DNA of 64,000 nucleotides from Octopus vulgaris. Lineage: Eukaryota. Under the pieces are notes generated by a model that worked only from the letters and a program-made list of their open reading frames with translations, did not search any database and had not been told where the DNA came from. Below, one piece after another: positions 26,133 through 40,047 of this stretch (position 1 is its first letter; each line of letters starts with the position of its first letter). The stretch is taken from the NCBI GenBank assembly GCA_951406725.2, contig OX597816.1, positions 30,380,001 to 30,444,000 on the forward strand, read 5' to 3'. Position numbers and translations under genes: made by a program.

Positions 26133-29088
26133 TTTAACATACATAGATATACGTATGTACACATACATATACATATAGACAGTAGAAAACTTCCTCCCTC
26201 CCAACCTACTTACCTACCTACCCATATACATATATACACATATACACATATGCAGATATACACGAATAAACCTACACACAATGATATATATATACACACA
26301 TGCATACATAGACACAAATACATATATACCTATTTTAGACACAGACAGGCACATGATAAATGTTATTTAACATTTTATATTTTATTCTATTCAACAAACA
26401 CTTTAATCTTATTCCTCAGACTTTCTCAATTTTGTCTTGAAATGTTTTAGAGTATAAACTATATTGTTGTTGTATGTGCTATCTCTCTGTTTTGCTGTAT
26501 CTATGTTTTAGTGCAAAGCGATGGCAGTAGATGGTAGAGGTGGTAGAATGGCAGATAAAATTGCTTGTTTTTTGCTATTTAGTTTTGTCATCTTTTTATG
26601 TTCTGAGTTCACTTTTCGGTATTGGCAACTCTGTTTCTCATCCTTCTGGTGTAGATATAATCACAACCAGATTGATTGTAGTCAGTATAATAAACTGCTA
26701 TGCACTATCCTTGAAATTTGGGGTCATCTGTTTATATTAGTCATGAACATTTGACAAGAAAGTATTGTGGATGATAGAATTGTTTGGGAATGGGACTCCA
26801 TATGGTTTCCACTATTTGTTAAAGCCTATTTAAGTTTTAAAAGTCTTGTACTTAACTTAGAAATGGTGCACTGAGGACTGTGAATTAGAATTGGTGGAAC
26901 CATAGGCAAACTAGTTGCTCATCTTCACTTTCCCTCCATCAGTCTGAGAATCCCTGCTGAAGTACACAAGTATTGCCCCTTCCCCATCCAACTAAGACAA
27001 TATATACACACATATATATATTAGACAAGGTGGAAATAAATGATCATTACATATTCCTTGTCTTGTATATCTCTTTGTGTAAAAGACCAGTCTAAATGGG
27101 AATATAGCCACGGATTTATGATATAAAATGGTGGTGAACTATAACCTTAGAGTCTGTCACAAATATACATGGATTTTTAACTAATCTAAAAACTTTTGTT
27201 GGCCTGGTAGATTTGTATTAACAGGGAGCTTAGTTGCATTAAGGCAGTGAGTTGGCATAATAGTCAGCACACCAGACAAAAAGCTTAGCAAGCATTTCAA
27301 CTGTCTTTACATTCTGATATCAAATTCATTGAGGCCGACTTTGTGTTCCATCGTCTCAGGGTCAATAACATTAGTACTGGGGCCTATGTAATCAAGCTCC
27401 CCATCCCCTCAAAAACCACTGGCCCTGTGCTAAAATTTGAAACTATTATTTAGTTACCTTCGTCTACATTTTGAGTTCAGATTCCACCAAAGTTGATTGT
27501 GCCTGTTATCCTTCTTGGATTCATCATCATCATCATCGTTTAACGTCCGTTCTCCATGCTAGCTATGGGTTGGACGGTTCGACCAGGGATCTGGGAAGTC
27601 AGAAGGCTGCACCAGGCTCCAGTCTGATCTGGCAGTGTTTCTACAGCTGGATGCCCTTCCTGACACCAACCACTCCGTGAGTGTAGTGGGTGCTTTTTAT
27701 GTGCCACCTGCACAGGGGCCAGGCGAGGCTGGCAACGGCCACGATCAGATTGGTGCATTTTATGTGCCACCGGCACGGAAGCCAGTCGAGGTGGCACTGG
27801 CATTGGCCACGATTCGGATGGTGCTTTATACGTGCCACCGGCAAAACATAAAATGCTACTGAAGGTGTGTTGTCAAATCAATTGGTTATGGCCCTTATGA
27901 AAAACTGTGGGGTTTCTGTCTGTGTTGTGTAACAATATTTCATTATACAGAAGTTGATTTACTGCTGCAAAATCATAAGAACATCCTTATTTAGTTATTG
28001 TTCCTAGTGTTCTGATTTCAAATCCCATCGAAGTTAACTTTGCCCTTTACTTTACCTTTTACTAACCCTAACCCTAACTAATCCATCCACCCCAAATATG
28101 TAGCCTTGTCTCTATGCTGGCCATCAATACTTCATAGCAAAATATTTTCCGTTGAGCATTACTAAACAAGAGGTAACTTAAATCTGGTTCAGTTCTTGAT
28201 TATTTCAAGTTCCTTTCATTTATACCCCTACTGTCTCTCTCCCTCCCTCCCTTCAAACTTTGGCACAAGGCTAGCGATTTCTGGGGAGGAGGTAAGTTGA
28301 TTACATCAATGTCTGTACTCAACAGGCACTTATTGACCCTGAAAGGATGACAGACAAAGTCAACCTTGGTAGAAATTGAACTCAGAACGTGAAGACAGAT
28401 AGAAACCCATTAAGCATTTTCACCTGGCATGCTAACGATTCTGCTAGCACATTGCCTTTCTCTCCTCTATATTATAGAAAGTACTTCTGAGTTTGATTTA
28501 CAGAATCTATTATCATTACATTACTAAACAAGAATAGCTGAGAGAGGGCAAGAATATTTATCCCTGTATGGAATGAGTTTAACTATTCAAATCTATGATT
28601 CTGTTTTCTGTTCCTCTGGGATTAACGAAGTAGGTACTAGTTATATGCTGATAAACAGTCAGTAGATTACATGTAGTTTCCTGTGAAATCATGGCTTTCT
28701 AACCACCATTTGAAATAGACTAATACTGTAAGATGAACCAAAACATAAATACTTATTGTCACATGTTTGTAATGGTAATGGTGATGTTTGATTGGCTGTT
28801 TTTGTTCATCATGTGGTTTGTTGTACAGTTTAATTATACATTTGTTGTTTATGTTGATTATGTATTCTTAGCAAATAAAGATATAATAAAAATAATTAGG
28901 AAAAATCTAATAATATTGTTGGTATTATTGATGATGATGATAGTGACTGTGGTGATGATGATTTCTTCTACAGGTATATATATTTAACACACGCACACAT
29001 ATGCATACACTTACATATATACGCACATACACACAGACACCATCAATTTTTTCATAGAAAGAATAATGGGTTTAAGAATAAGATTTAA

Positions 29089-29309
29089 CCCTTTCGTTAC
29101 CAACCCAGCTGAAACCGGCTCTGGTTCTTTAGTATGAATGTCTTGTTTTCATAAGTTTTGAATTCAAATCTTCTACCAAATCTTAGTCACAATTTATGTT
29201 CCTAACACTAGCTGAATGATAACAATGTTATTTTACTAAATTCTTTGTTATATTTAAAATTATTGGAAGAAATACAGAGCATCTCAAAATAAATACAGTA
29301 ATGAAAGGG
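29089..29309. mobile_element. piggyBac-type MITE
   Basis: TTAA TSDs; ccctttcgttac and gtaatgaaaggg TIRs. Confidence 0.85.
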
Positions 29310-29736
29310 TTAAGTGAGACTGCTTTAGATAGAATTCAAAAGCATGCTGTGATTTCACTCCCCACCCTTACCATATCCCACAACAGCAAAGAATTCTTAT
29401 ATTGAAATTTTGTTTCAACATTACATTTAAAGAGATATTGAAATTGTATGACATTGATGCATTTATCAGTTATTTTAATGATGAAAGCAAGTGAAAGATA
29501 TTTCATTTGGAAGGAAAATCATGTGATAGAATCAACTTTAGATTACATGGTATTGAGGGTCATAAAGCAATAGGTTTCTTTCAGTTTCTGTCTATCAAAT
29601 TCACTCACAAGGCTTTGATTGGCCCTAGGCTATAGTAGAAGACACATGCCCAAGGTGCAACGTAGTGGGGCTGAACCTGGAACCATGTGGTTGGGGAGCA
29701 AGTTTCTTACCACGCAGCCACTCCTGCACCTCTATG

Positions 29737-29768
<32 letters not shown>

Positions 29769-29783
29769 CACACGCACACATAT

Positions 29784-29814
<31 letters not shown>

Positions 29815-30496
29815 CATACAGGGTACGACAGGTAAATTGTTCCTATTTTATATCTCTAATTTTGCGCATGCCCATTTTTTGTTTTTGCCATGCAGTGGGA
29901 CTGAACCTGCACCCATGTGGTTGGGAAGCAAGCTTCATATCACACAGCTATGCCTACATTTATTTACTTATCTATCTAATTTTGAAAGAATGAAAGAATA
30001 TATGATATTACATATCTGTCAAATACTTCCATGCAATCCAAGAAACTTGACATCCCTGTTGCTGTTTCATAACATCAGCTCCATGTTGCACACATTCACC
30101 ATATTTCTTGTTTATCTCTAGTTTCAGATTTGATATCAGAATTTATTTGTAGGCACAGGTGTGGCTGTGTGGTAAGATGCATGCTTCCCAACTGTATGGC
30201 TATAGCAGAAGACACTTGCCCAAGGTGCCATGCAGTGAAAGTAAACCTGGACCTCATGACAGGAGGAGATCTAGTTTTGTTTTGAAGGCACCTACATTCA
30301 TCCATGTAGGTCTCTCAAAGATTTTTGGCAAGATATCAAAAAATCTGTGGGCTCTTGAAACCCAAGATAAACCATCTGTATCTTGATGGTGGCTGTGTAA
30401 CTCTCAGTACCAAAGTTTGGTTCAAGTTCTTGCAGGATTTTCCAAACGTATATCACTGCGCTTCTTCCTTCAATCCTCACTCCAATGCTGCTACAG

Positions 30497-30730
30497 ATTG
30501 GCATATTTCGGTCATATTATGTAGAGAAAATCCCTGGAGAAGGACATCATGCTTGGAATGGTTAGTGGCAAGAGAGGAAGAGGCCGACCAAGAACCCGCT
30601 GGCTTGATACCATCAAGAGTGATACCGAAATGGACATAGCCAATCTGAAAGAGGCGGCCCAGGATAGAACTGACTGGAGGACACTGATCCAATGAGTGAC
30701 TGAGAGTCGACTTCGACTGAGCGGTTAGAG
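30497..30730 (+). mobile_element. RTE LINE 3' end
   Basis: FGHIM, SLEKDIMLGMVSGKRGRGRPRTRWLDTIKSD and AAQDRTDWRTL motifs; inverted sister copy at 33232-33388. Confidence 0.85.
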
Positions 30731-31026
30731 AGAGAGATGACTGCACATCTTACCTTTCTGTGTTCTAGGGAGTACTCTCTCTCTCTCTTCCCCCTCTCTC
30801 ACACACACACACACACATACACAAGGAACACACACTAGATTAACTCATTATGAAAAAGCTTGTTGAAACAGAACAGAGCTATATACATAATACCAAATAA
30901 CAGTGTTAAACACTTTCGGTATGCAAATTAAGAACTCCTTCATAGAGTAACTGCTGCATTTGTTGAGTATATAAAAAAGTTTGGCTGCTTGTTTCTCTGG
31001 AGACTGTCAGAATGATGTAGATGCTG

Positions 31027-31061
31027 CTGATGAGAACCCAATAAGGTTTGAAAATTGATTA
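31027..31061 (+). ncRNA. Hammerhead ribozyme motif with decayed stem I
   Basis: CTGATGA-GAACC(CAATAA)GGTTT-GAAA-ATTGAT-T-A; TATATAAA about 55 nt upstream. Confidence 0.5.
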
Positions 31062-33231
31062 AGGTTGTTCATAATTTTTTTTTCAATCTGCAGAGAAATG
31101 GCTAAAATTTGCCCTGTTTATAATCATATCATATCATCATCATCGTTTAACGTCCGTTTTCCATGATAGCATTGGTTGGACAGTTCGACCAGGGTCTGGG
31201 AAGCCAGGAGGCTGCACCAGACTCCAGTCTGATCTGGTAGTGTTTCTATAGCTGGATGCTCTTCCTAATGCCAACCACTCCGTGAGTGTAGTGGGTGCTT
31301 TTTACGTGCCACCAGCACAGGGGCCAGAGGAGGCTGGTGTTTTTACGTGTCACCGACACGGATGCCAGTCAGGCGGCACTGGCATCTGCCACATTCGGAT
31401 GGTGCTTTTTATGTGTCACCGGCATGGACATCTTAACTACAATTTCCATTTGATTTTTATTTTGATGATGCCAGCGCTGCCCCGATGCCAGTGCCATCCC
31501 GATGCTAGCCCCACCCCGATGCCAGCACCACTCCGATGCCAGTTCCGCCTTGACTGGCTTCTGTGCCAGTGGCACGTAAAAAGCACCAGCCAATCATGGC
31601 CGCTGCCAAACTCCCCTGGCACCTGTGCCAGTGGCACATAAAAAGTACCCATTACACTCTTGATGTGGTTGGCATTAGGAAGGGCATCCAGCTGTAGAAA
31701 CACTGCCAGATCAGACTGGAGCCTGGTGCAGCCTTCTGGCTTCCCAGATCCCCGGTCGAACCGTCCAACCCGTGCTAGCATTGAAAACGGACGTTAAACG
31801 ATGATGATGATGATGATGATGTTGGTGTTGACGTACATCATATGTTACATAACAATATGTTACAAATGCATTAAAATGGAAAATCTTAATTAACAAACCA
31901 TACAGGTAAACAGGAGAGAAAAATGATAAGGACCAATGTGATTTATAAATTCAGTTGCAAACGTGAAATTTGTATACTTTTAATTCTAACTGTGATGTTA
32001 GCCATATGAGTGCAACACACTCCGGCTGGCTCATCATGTACCTATAAGCAGGTGCAATTTCAGTGTACTGCACTGCACAAAGAACCAGTCTAGACTCATG
32101 ACATTAATGATAACATATTGATACTCGGCAAAATTATACCCAGCCTCCGAAAAAACTACTCACCAGAATACATCACAGTGCTAAAATAAAAAAATAAAAA
32201 AAATGGTGGAGTTTTGGTTTAAGCATACCATATAACCCCTCAAAACTTTTTTATTTTCCGGAACTTTCAGATTTTTGCAAGTTTGTGTTCTACCCACAAG
32301 AATTCATATGATTATGCAGAAAAAAGAAAAAAAAAGAAGAAAAGAAAATGTGTGTGATATAAGGGGGATTTGGCTGTTATGTTTATAGCACATCTTATGA
32401 CCACCTGATACCTCCTTCCATTTCTTTGTCACTTTGATATGTATCAATGCTTTTCCATATTTTTCTTCCTATAAGCACATTTATTGGAATGATGGTGCAC
32501 TGAAGGGTGGTCCATTGCTGGGATTTAAGCAAAATATTCGGACTGTCCGTGTTTTAAATTCTGATTCAGGTAATAAAAAAAAATAAAAAAATAAAAAAAT
32601 AGAAATTTTAGGACTTCTGAAGAATGAAGTGGATTTGAAATATTAAAAAAAACAATTCCTTTTTCATAGCTGTATGAATTCCTGTGCCACACAGCCTGGA
32701 CTACACAGCCACAGCTGGAGATGTAATAGGACATGAAATGTAAAAGCCAGACTAGATTATTTTATGCACAACTCCATTGTCTCTCGAGACAAAAAGGATG
32801 CAAACAATGAATTCCTGTGAATAGAAAAGAAATATGTGAAAATTTTCTGAAAATTCCAAAAAATGAAAAAGAGTTAGGGGTTATAAGATGTGCTTAAACC
32901 AGAATTCTACCTAAATAATATTATAAAAGTCATATACAAGTCACAAACAAAAATATTGTTGATGTATATATCTAGTAGTCAAAATTCAAATTTGCGAAGT
33001 AATGTCAACAGTGATCAAATTGTCCATGTCTGCTGCAGAAAGGCAGTAATTCACACTGACATCACTTCAACATGAAGAGGAAGCTATGAAGGTTTGAAAA
33101 CTTCTGTGATTTAATTACTTTATCCATCCAAACAAACTTCAACAAACTTCTGCAGAAGTATGGAAAAACAGTGCCTGAGAAAGAAACATAACCAAATTGA
33201 CAAAAAAACATAACAAAAGCTTCTTTCTTCT

Positions 33232-33388
33232 TTATCGGCTCAGTCGAAGTCAACTCTTGGTTACTCGATGGATCAGTGTCCTCCAGTCAGTTCTATCCTG
33301 GGCTGCTTCTTTCAGACTGGCTATGTCCATTCCGGTATCACTCTTGATGGTGTCAAGCCAGTGGGTTCTTGGTCGGCCTCTTCCTCTC
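33232..33388 (-). mobile_element. RTE LINE 3' end
   Basis: RGRGRPRTHWLDTIKSDTGMDIASLKEAAQDRTDWRTLIHRVTKS. Confidence 0.85.
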
Positions 33389-33882
33389 TTAAAGCAATGT
33401 TCCACATATATACATGTATGGCCATCTTTTGGGTTCAAGAAAGAAGGTATGTAATTTCTTACCGGACACCCTACATAGATGAGTCGTTTATAGTGATCAA
33501 ATGCCCGTGCTGAACAATAGCTCACTCTCTCCATTAAATTGGCATTACCTGTACAGGTGCACAGTGTGTTATACATCTGATGTTAAATTAATTGCAGAGC
33601 AATGTGAGGTGAGGATTTTGCTCTAGAAGACAATGCAAAGTTCGGTTTGGAAATTGAACCCACAATTTCGTGATCTTGAATGCAACTCCAAACCACTAGG
33701 CCATATACACTCATTCATATATACATACATACATACATACATACATACAAATATATATGCATTTATGATGGCTGTCTACTCGTTAAACAAGCATGACCAT
33801 TACTGACAGGTGTCATCAATGCCTGTGCAAGGGTTTTAAGTATGGTTTGCACACCATCACAAAAACTCTCACTAGCAATACC

Positions 33883-34098
33883 TATTTCTTTACTACCCAC
33901 AAGGGGACAAACACGGACAGACAAACGGATTGAGTCAATTATATTGACCCCATGCGTAACTAGTACTTATTTAATCGACCCCGAAAGGATGTAAGGCAAA
34001 GTCGACATCAGCGGAATTTGAACTCAGAACATAGTGGCAGACGAAATACCGCTAAGCATTTCACCCGGCGCGCTAACGTTCCTACCAGCTCACCGCCA
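33883..34098 (-). mobile_element. SINE family B, 3' part of a U6-SINE chimera
   Basis: Family-B head and aaagaaata tail on the minus strand. Confidence 0.85.
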
Positions 34099-34102
34099 TT
34101 TG

Positions 34103-34192
34103 AAAATATGGAACCCTTCACGAATTTGCGTGTCATCCTTGCTCAGGGGCCATGCTAATCTCTGTATAGTATATGTATTGCTGAAGCAATAC
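34103..34192 (-). pseudogene. U6 snRNA retrocopy with internal deletions
   Basis: Minus strand ttgcttcagcaatacatatact/atacagag/attagcatggcccctgagcaaggatgacacgcaaattcgtgaagggttccatatttt matches U6; lacks the aaattggaacg segment; no TATA at -30. Confidence 0.9.
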
Positions 34193-34931
34193 CGTGAAGC
34201 CCAGAGCCAAGCAAATTGCAAGATAGTTGGTTAAGTAGAGCAGTGGGTTTTATATATGAATTGGTCTTTTTCTAGACGGATGCCTTAACAAAGATAAGGG
34301 CGTTTTACACACCCAATGGGATTACTGCACCCTTGGACACCAACCTGAGTATTTCTACATCCTGTCGCTCATATGCTAGTTAGCCCATAGCTTGGATCCT
34401 GACAGTTGCTACAGCTCTGGGTCAGAGGAATAGTACTACCTGTCAAGTACATATATTGATTATGTGCGGATGATAATGGTTACAACGCTGCTTTTAAATT
34501 ATTACTGAATTTAATCTTAAGATTATGCATCACTGTGGCATACCAGCAAAGAGTTCTTGCACTGTTAATATATAGTCACAGACTGGCGATTCAATTCCTT
34601 TCCAGTTCAATTAAAGTACATGAAGTTGATAAACCACAAAAATAGTGAAATATCCATCATTCCAGAATTCGATCGGAAGCGATTTGTCTCACCTGTTTAT
34701 GACTTTCAGGTATTTTAGTATCCAGCACTATGAAAGAGTTGTCCTCCAAGTGCTATTCCATAGCAAACCATTGAGCAAACAAAACGCATACATTAAGTCT
34801 GTGCAATCAATAACCTATATATACATGTATATGTATACACACACATGCATACATATATGTGTATGTATGTACATGTGTGCATAAATATATGTGTGTGTGT
34901 GTGTGTGCATGTGTGTGTATATATATATATA

Positions 34932-35141
34932 GTTAATCCAAACAAGAAAACACAAAAAAAAAACACAGCAACGCGAGGACGTGGAACAAATAAAGTATTA
35001 TTGGACGCTCAGGAAAGAAGAGAAGACGGAGGGTTTAACGTTTCGAGCGGAGCTCTTTGTCGGAAACATAGGAGAAGGAAAGATCCAGAGAAGGGATGAC
35101 GGAGGGAAAAAAAATCGCTGGCGGTACTCACGAGGTCACAA
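34932..35141 (-). mobile_element. Penelope pLTR-like family 1 copy with degenerate HHR (35033-35067)
   Basis: GTTT-CCGACAA-A-GAGC(TCC)GCTC-GAAA-CG-TT-AAAC on the minus strand. Confidence 0.7.
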
Positions 35142-35316
35142 TATAGGATATAATTATTACTATAGTGTAAAGAATTCAGCCCTTCTTTTTACCTCCTTTT
35201 GTATATAGTGAAAGAATCTATACACAGTCCAGAACTGCAAAGAAGCAGCAACTTAACTAAATAGTTCCTTAAATCACAAAATGCAGCCTCAGATAAGGAA
35301 GGATACATTGGTGCAT

Positions 35317-35735
35317 GGGATCTTTTCGGTTTGAACGGCAGTTTTTTCTAGCGGTGTCATATGAAATTGTCACCCATAATTATGACCCTAGAATCGATCT
35401 ATTGCATTTCAATCTCTTTTAGGGTTAGGGTTAGGGGTGGGGGAAGGGTATTTTTTTACTTCACAAATGTAAATAAACCCAATCTGTTTCTTAAACGAGG
35501 GACATATTCATACGGAACAGAATGTTGTATACCTCAATAGACGTCAGTGATTGGTTGAAATTACAGAAATTGAAGAAAAAAAACCCAACAAATATCTTAC
35601 AAACTATAGAATTTTCTCAATAAAGCCAAGAGAAAAAGATGTTTTATAAACACATTCTACCAGTATACGAAGTTTAAAAGTGTTTAGTTACCTAGAAATT
35701 ATGTTAAAAACTGCCGTTCAAACCGAAAAGATCCC
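35317..35735. mobile_element. Complete MITE with about 29-bp TIRs
   Basis: gggatcttttcggtttgaacggcagtttt and aaaactgccgttcaaaccgaaaagatccc; internal TTAGGG repeats; partial copies at 918-1250 and 37452-37625. Confidence 0.9.
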
Positions 35736-36014
35736 TATATTATACAATTGGTTTCTTTTTATACAGTACTGTAGTATGTAGGCCGAAAGAGTTTCGTTAG
35801 TATTTCTAGCAGGGTGAGCGATACGTAAACAATGCATAGATAAAATCTAGGGGAGATAAATCTCAGAAATTTACACAGGGGAAACAACTCTTCCAGCCAA
35901 ATTTAAATATTTATGCTAAAAATATTTTAGTGACAAATGCAATTGACTCGATTGACTGCTATTTCGCTAACACGAATCTCATGGGGCATTCATGGGAAAG
36001 CATCCTTTTATTTA

Positions 36015-36209
36015 TTTACTCTTTTTCAGTCATTTAACTGCGGCCATGCTGGAGCACCGACTTTAGTCAAGCAAATCGACCCCGGGACTTATTCTTTGTA
36101 AGCCCAGTACTTATTCTATCGGTCTCTTTTGCCGAACCGCTAAGTTACGGGGACGTAAACACACCAGCATCGGTTGTCAAGCAATGCTAGGGAGACAAAC
36201 ACAGACACA

Positions 36210-36258
<49 letters not shown>

Positions 36259-36430
36259 ACATATATACGACAGGCTTCTTTCAGTTTCCGTCTACCAAAT
36301 CCACTCACAAGGCATTGGTCGGTCCGGGGCTATAGCAGAAGACACTTGCCCAAGATGCCACGCAGTGGGACTGAACCCGGAACCATGTGGTTGGTTAGCA
36401 AGCTACTTACCACACAGCAACTCCTGCGCC
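36015..36430 (-). mobile_element. SINE family A, full length
   Basis: Head and tail match. Confidence 0.85.
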
Positions 36431-37092
36431 TATTTATTTATTTATTTATTTATTTATTTATCTATTCATTCATTCATTCATTTTTGTTTATATATTTGTA
36501 TATGGTATTTTCACCGATGAATTGTCATTACTCTATTATTTAAACAAAATAATTTGTCTCCTCGTACCAAGAATATTGGCTGTCAAATAACACTAATACG
36601 ATCTTTGTTCTTAGATAGTAACTTTTAGTTCCCATTTGTTTACCCCTAGAAAGCATGAAAAATGGCTAATATTTCCTTCAAAATTTGCTTTAGTTGCATT
36701 TATTCAAACCCGAAAGACTCCCTTTCAGCACATGGCTATGATGCTCCTCCTGCTTCCCATCAGAGATACACATATTGTAAGCCACTAAGGAACATGCTTG
36801 AGTGGTCAAGGTCAAGCAACTGATAAGCAAATCTGTGGTATTGAACAGAATATTTGTTATAATGATATTTCTACTTCAGCAACTCAGCACTGAATGTGTA
36901 TGAAATGTAATGGAAAATAGATCAGTTTCAAAACATTGATGTTCCAGGTCACAAAAGCAAAGTTTGAAGGGAATTGTAGTATTTTTCCTTTGATTTCTAG
37001 ACAGACGCAAATAGAAAATGATACTTACTGACCAAAGGTATAAAAAATGTTACATAGTGTAATCCAGTCAATTTTACAGTTATCACCACTGC

Positions 37093-37314
37093 TACAAGGG
37101 AGTGGTGAAAAGTTCCTGGCTTTAAGGGTGACGTGAAAGGCCTGGTCGGAGGACCGACATTCCGAATTCTTTTACAGGGCCTGGAAAAAACCAAAGGACC
37201 GCTGCAATAAATGTGTGAATCTGAGAGGGGAATATATTGCATAAAATCATAATTAAATTATGCTCCTGTATTTTCTTTTACCGAAAGCCAGAAACTTTTC
37301 AGTACCCCTACGTA
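37093..37314 (+). mobile_element. Mariner-derived MITE
   Basis: TA flanks, TIRs tgaaaagttcctggcttt and aaagccagaaacttttca, residual DRCNKCVNLRGEYI transposase C-terminus. Confidence 0.75.
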
Positions 37315-38405
37315 TATTGTAGTATTTTGCTTTCAGATTAGCCAGTCAATTTAATTTCTGCTATCACTGATTCGGTGTCTGATTATCATTGTACAACACA
37401 TGCGTTAGTCATCAGCTGCATTCCCTTATGACTCAGGAAATAAGAAAAGACGGATCTTTTCGGTTTGAACGGCAGTTTTTAACATAATTTCTAGGTAACT
37501 AAAAAATTTTAAACTTCGTATACTGGTAGAATGTGTTTATAAAACATCTTTTTCTGTTGGCTTTATTGAGAAAATTCTATAGTTTTTAAGATATTTGGTC
37601 TTTAATTTTTTTGCATTTCGGCAAGGATCCAGTTAGCTCAAGACATCATCAGGAGGAACCACGTCCGGTTTCGGCCCCTACTCCTCTACCGTTTTGACGT
37701 GGCGGGGCTCCCACTTCGGAGGTGTCTTCAGCTCTGGTGTTGGGTTCATGTCTTCTTTCTTCTTCTTTCTTCTGTTCCCTGCCCTCTTCGATGTATCGTC
37801 AGCGAGTGTCAGCCTGTGACTGGCTGAATAGTCAAGCTTTTCCCTTTAAATACCTGCCGCTAGGCTCCAGCAGGCAACCCCAGCAAGTTGGTTAAACTCC
37901 TCTTTACTCCATCTTGGTTAAACCCCTCTTTACTTCAGATTTTCCTCTAGAAGGGGTCTGTCTTCTCATGAAGGATGTTTTCTCCTCCTCTCATGTCACT
38001 ATATACTGCTGCCTGGTTTCGGTTTAATTTTTTGTTTGTTATTCTTCTCTCGGTTATTCTCTTCTGGTATTAAAGTTTTTCACTCACAGATTTTAGCTCC
38101 TAGTTGAGGACAGTCAGTTTTCAAGTGAATGTCTTCTTTTTGCTGTCTCAAACATCATTTCTATCTCCTTTACTTTCTGTTGGTGTGACGTATAGTGACT
38201 TACTTTTTAGCTCGCATTAAGCATCATTAGATCACTGATGGTCTTCCGTAAACCAGTTACCTTTTTCTCTGTCTTCAAAACCCATGAGGGAGTTCTTTCT
38301 TTGTTGTTTCGGTTTTGTTTACTTTTTGATTGTCATTCATGTATTGCTTTGCAATCGTAGCCAGAGCATATAGACAGGTGTTAACCTGCCAGAATGTGGG
38401 TTCAT

Positions 38406-38637
38406 GTGGCGGTGAGCTGGCAGAAACGTTAGCACGCCGGGCAAAATGCTTAGCGGTATTTCGTCTGCCCCTACGTTCTGAGTTCAAATTCCGCCGAGGT
38501 CGACTTTGCCTTTCATCCTTTCGGGGTCGATAAATTAAGTACCAGTTAAGCACTGGGATCGATATAATCGGCATAATCCGTTTGTCTGTCCTTGTTTGTC
38601 CCCTCTATGTTTAGCCCTTGTGGGTAATAAAGAAATA
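38406..38637 (+). mobile_element. SINE family B, full length
   Basis: 15-bp TSD agaatgtgggttcat at 38391-38405 and 38638-38652. Confidence 0.85.
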
Positions 38638-38828
38638 AGAATGTGGGTTCATCACTCTATTGTAAATACTCATCACCGATTTTGTTAACTGCTTTAAATA
38701 CCGTATCTGGTTGTTTTTACTTACTTTGGTAGAGGGTACTCTCTCCTCGAGAGAGTACTTCAAAACCAAAGTTATTTTTTTCTCTGAAAATTTCAGTAAG
38801 GGCACATTTCACCGGTATATAATCCTGG

Positions 38829-38920
38829 CTACTACTACTACCACCACCACCACCACCACCACCACCACCAACATCACCACCACCACCACCAACATCACCA
38901 CCACCACCACCACCACCACC

Positions 38921-38970
<50 letters not shown>

Positions 38971-39082
38971 CACCACCACCACCACCACCACCACCACCAC
39001 CACCACCACCACCAACAACATCACCACCACCACCACCAACACCACCACCACCACCACCACCACCACCACCACCACCACCACC

Positions 39083-39150
<68 letters not shown>

Positions 39151-39184
39151 CACCACCACCACCACCATCAAAACCACTACCACC
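38829..39184. repeat. (ACC)n/(ACT)n compound microsatellite
   Basis: Seen directly. Confidence 0.95.
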
Positions 39185-39924
39185 AGAGATGGTATTCATC
39201 GTATTTTCTATAAATAGTATCCCACGCCAGATATATCTGTGTGTGTGCTTGCGCGCACGGGTATGTGAGTTTGTGTGTGTATCTATGTGATGACACCCAT
39301 CAGTCATCGTTGTACTACGTCAAAATTCTGATTACCCTAAGCATACCATAATGTGTTCTAAGGGAAGCAACCCCTTTTTAGGGGGGAACAACTGAAGCTA
39401 TTTAACATATCCTTATTGTTCAGTAAATTTATTACTGCAGTCAAACGATTTGTAAGTTGGAAGTAGCAGTTAAGTTCCCTTAAATAGCACGCCATCATGT
39501 TTTTTTTTTTTTTTTTAAAAAGGAAGGTGGCTCTAGATGATGTGGTCATTGACAAAACTAAAGAAACGGCTAAAAAGTCATTGTTCATAGGTGTTCAATA
39601 AGAGTTGATCTGGGATTAAAAAACAACATCAAAGTTCTGTGAACTTTACAGCGAAGGAGGAATTTCTCCATGATCGATTGATTTGTTAGAAATTACAGCA
39701 AAATCTCCTTCAAACCATCTTTTATCGTCTTTTGAAAAGATGGACATATTGTTTTTATCGAGTCCGAAGCGATGAGAGGCAAATTCGATCTCAGAACGTA
39801 AGGGGCCAGAAGAAATGCCGCTAAGCATTTTATCTGTCGGCTTAAGGATTGTGCCAACTCACCACTTTGTCCAAAATACGGTACTATATATATATATATG
39901 TATATATATCTATGTATATATCTA

Positions 39925-40047
<123 letters not shown>

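Noticed and set aside
37800-38280. Possible R4/Dong-like LINE remnant on the minus strand
   Set aside because: Similarity too weak to call without a search
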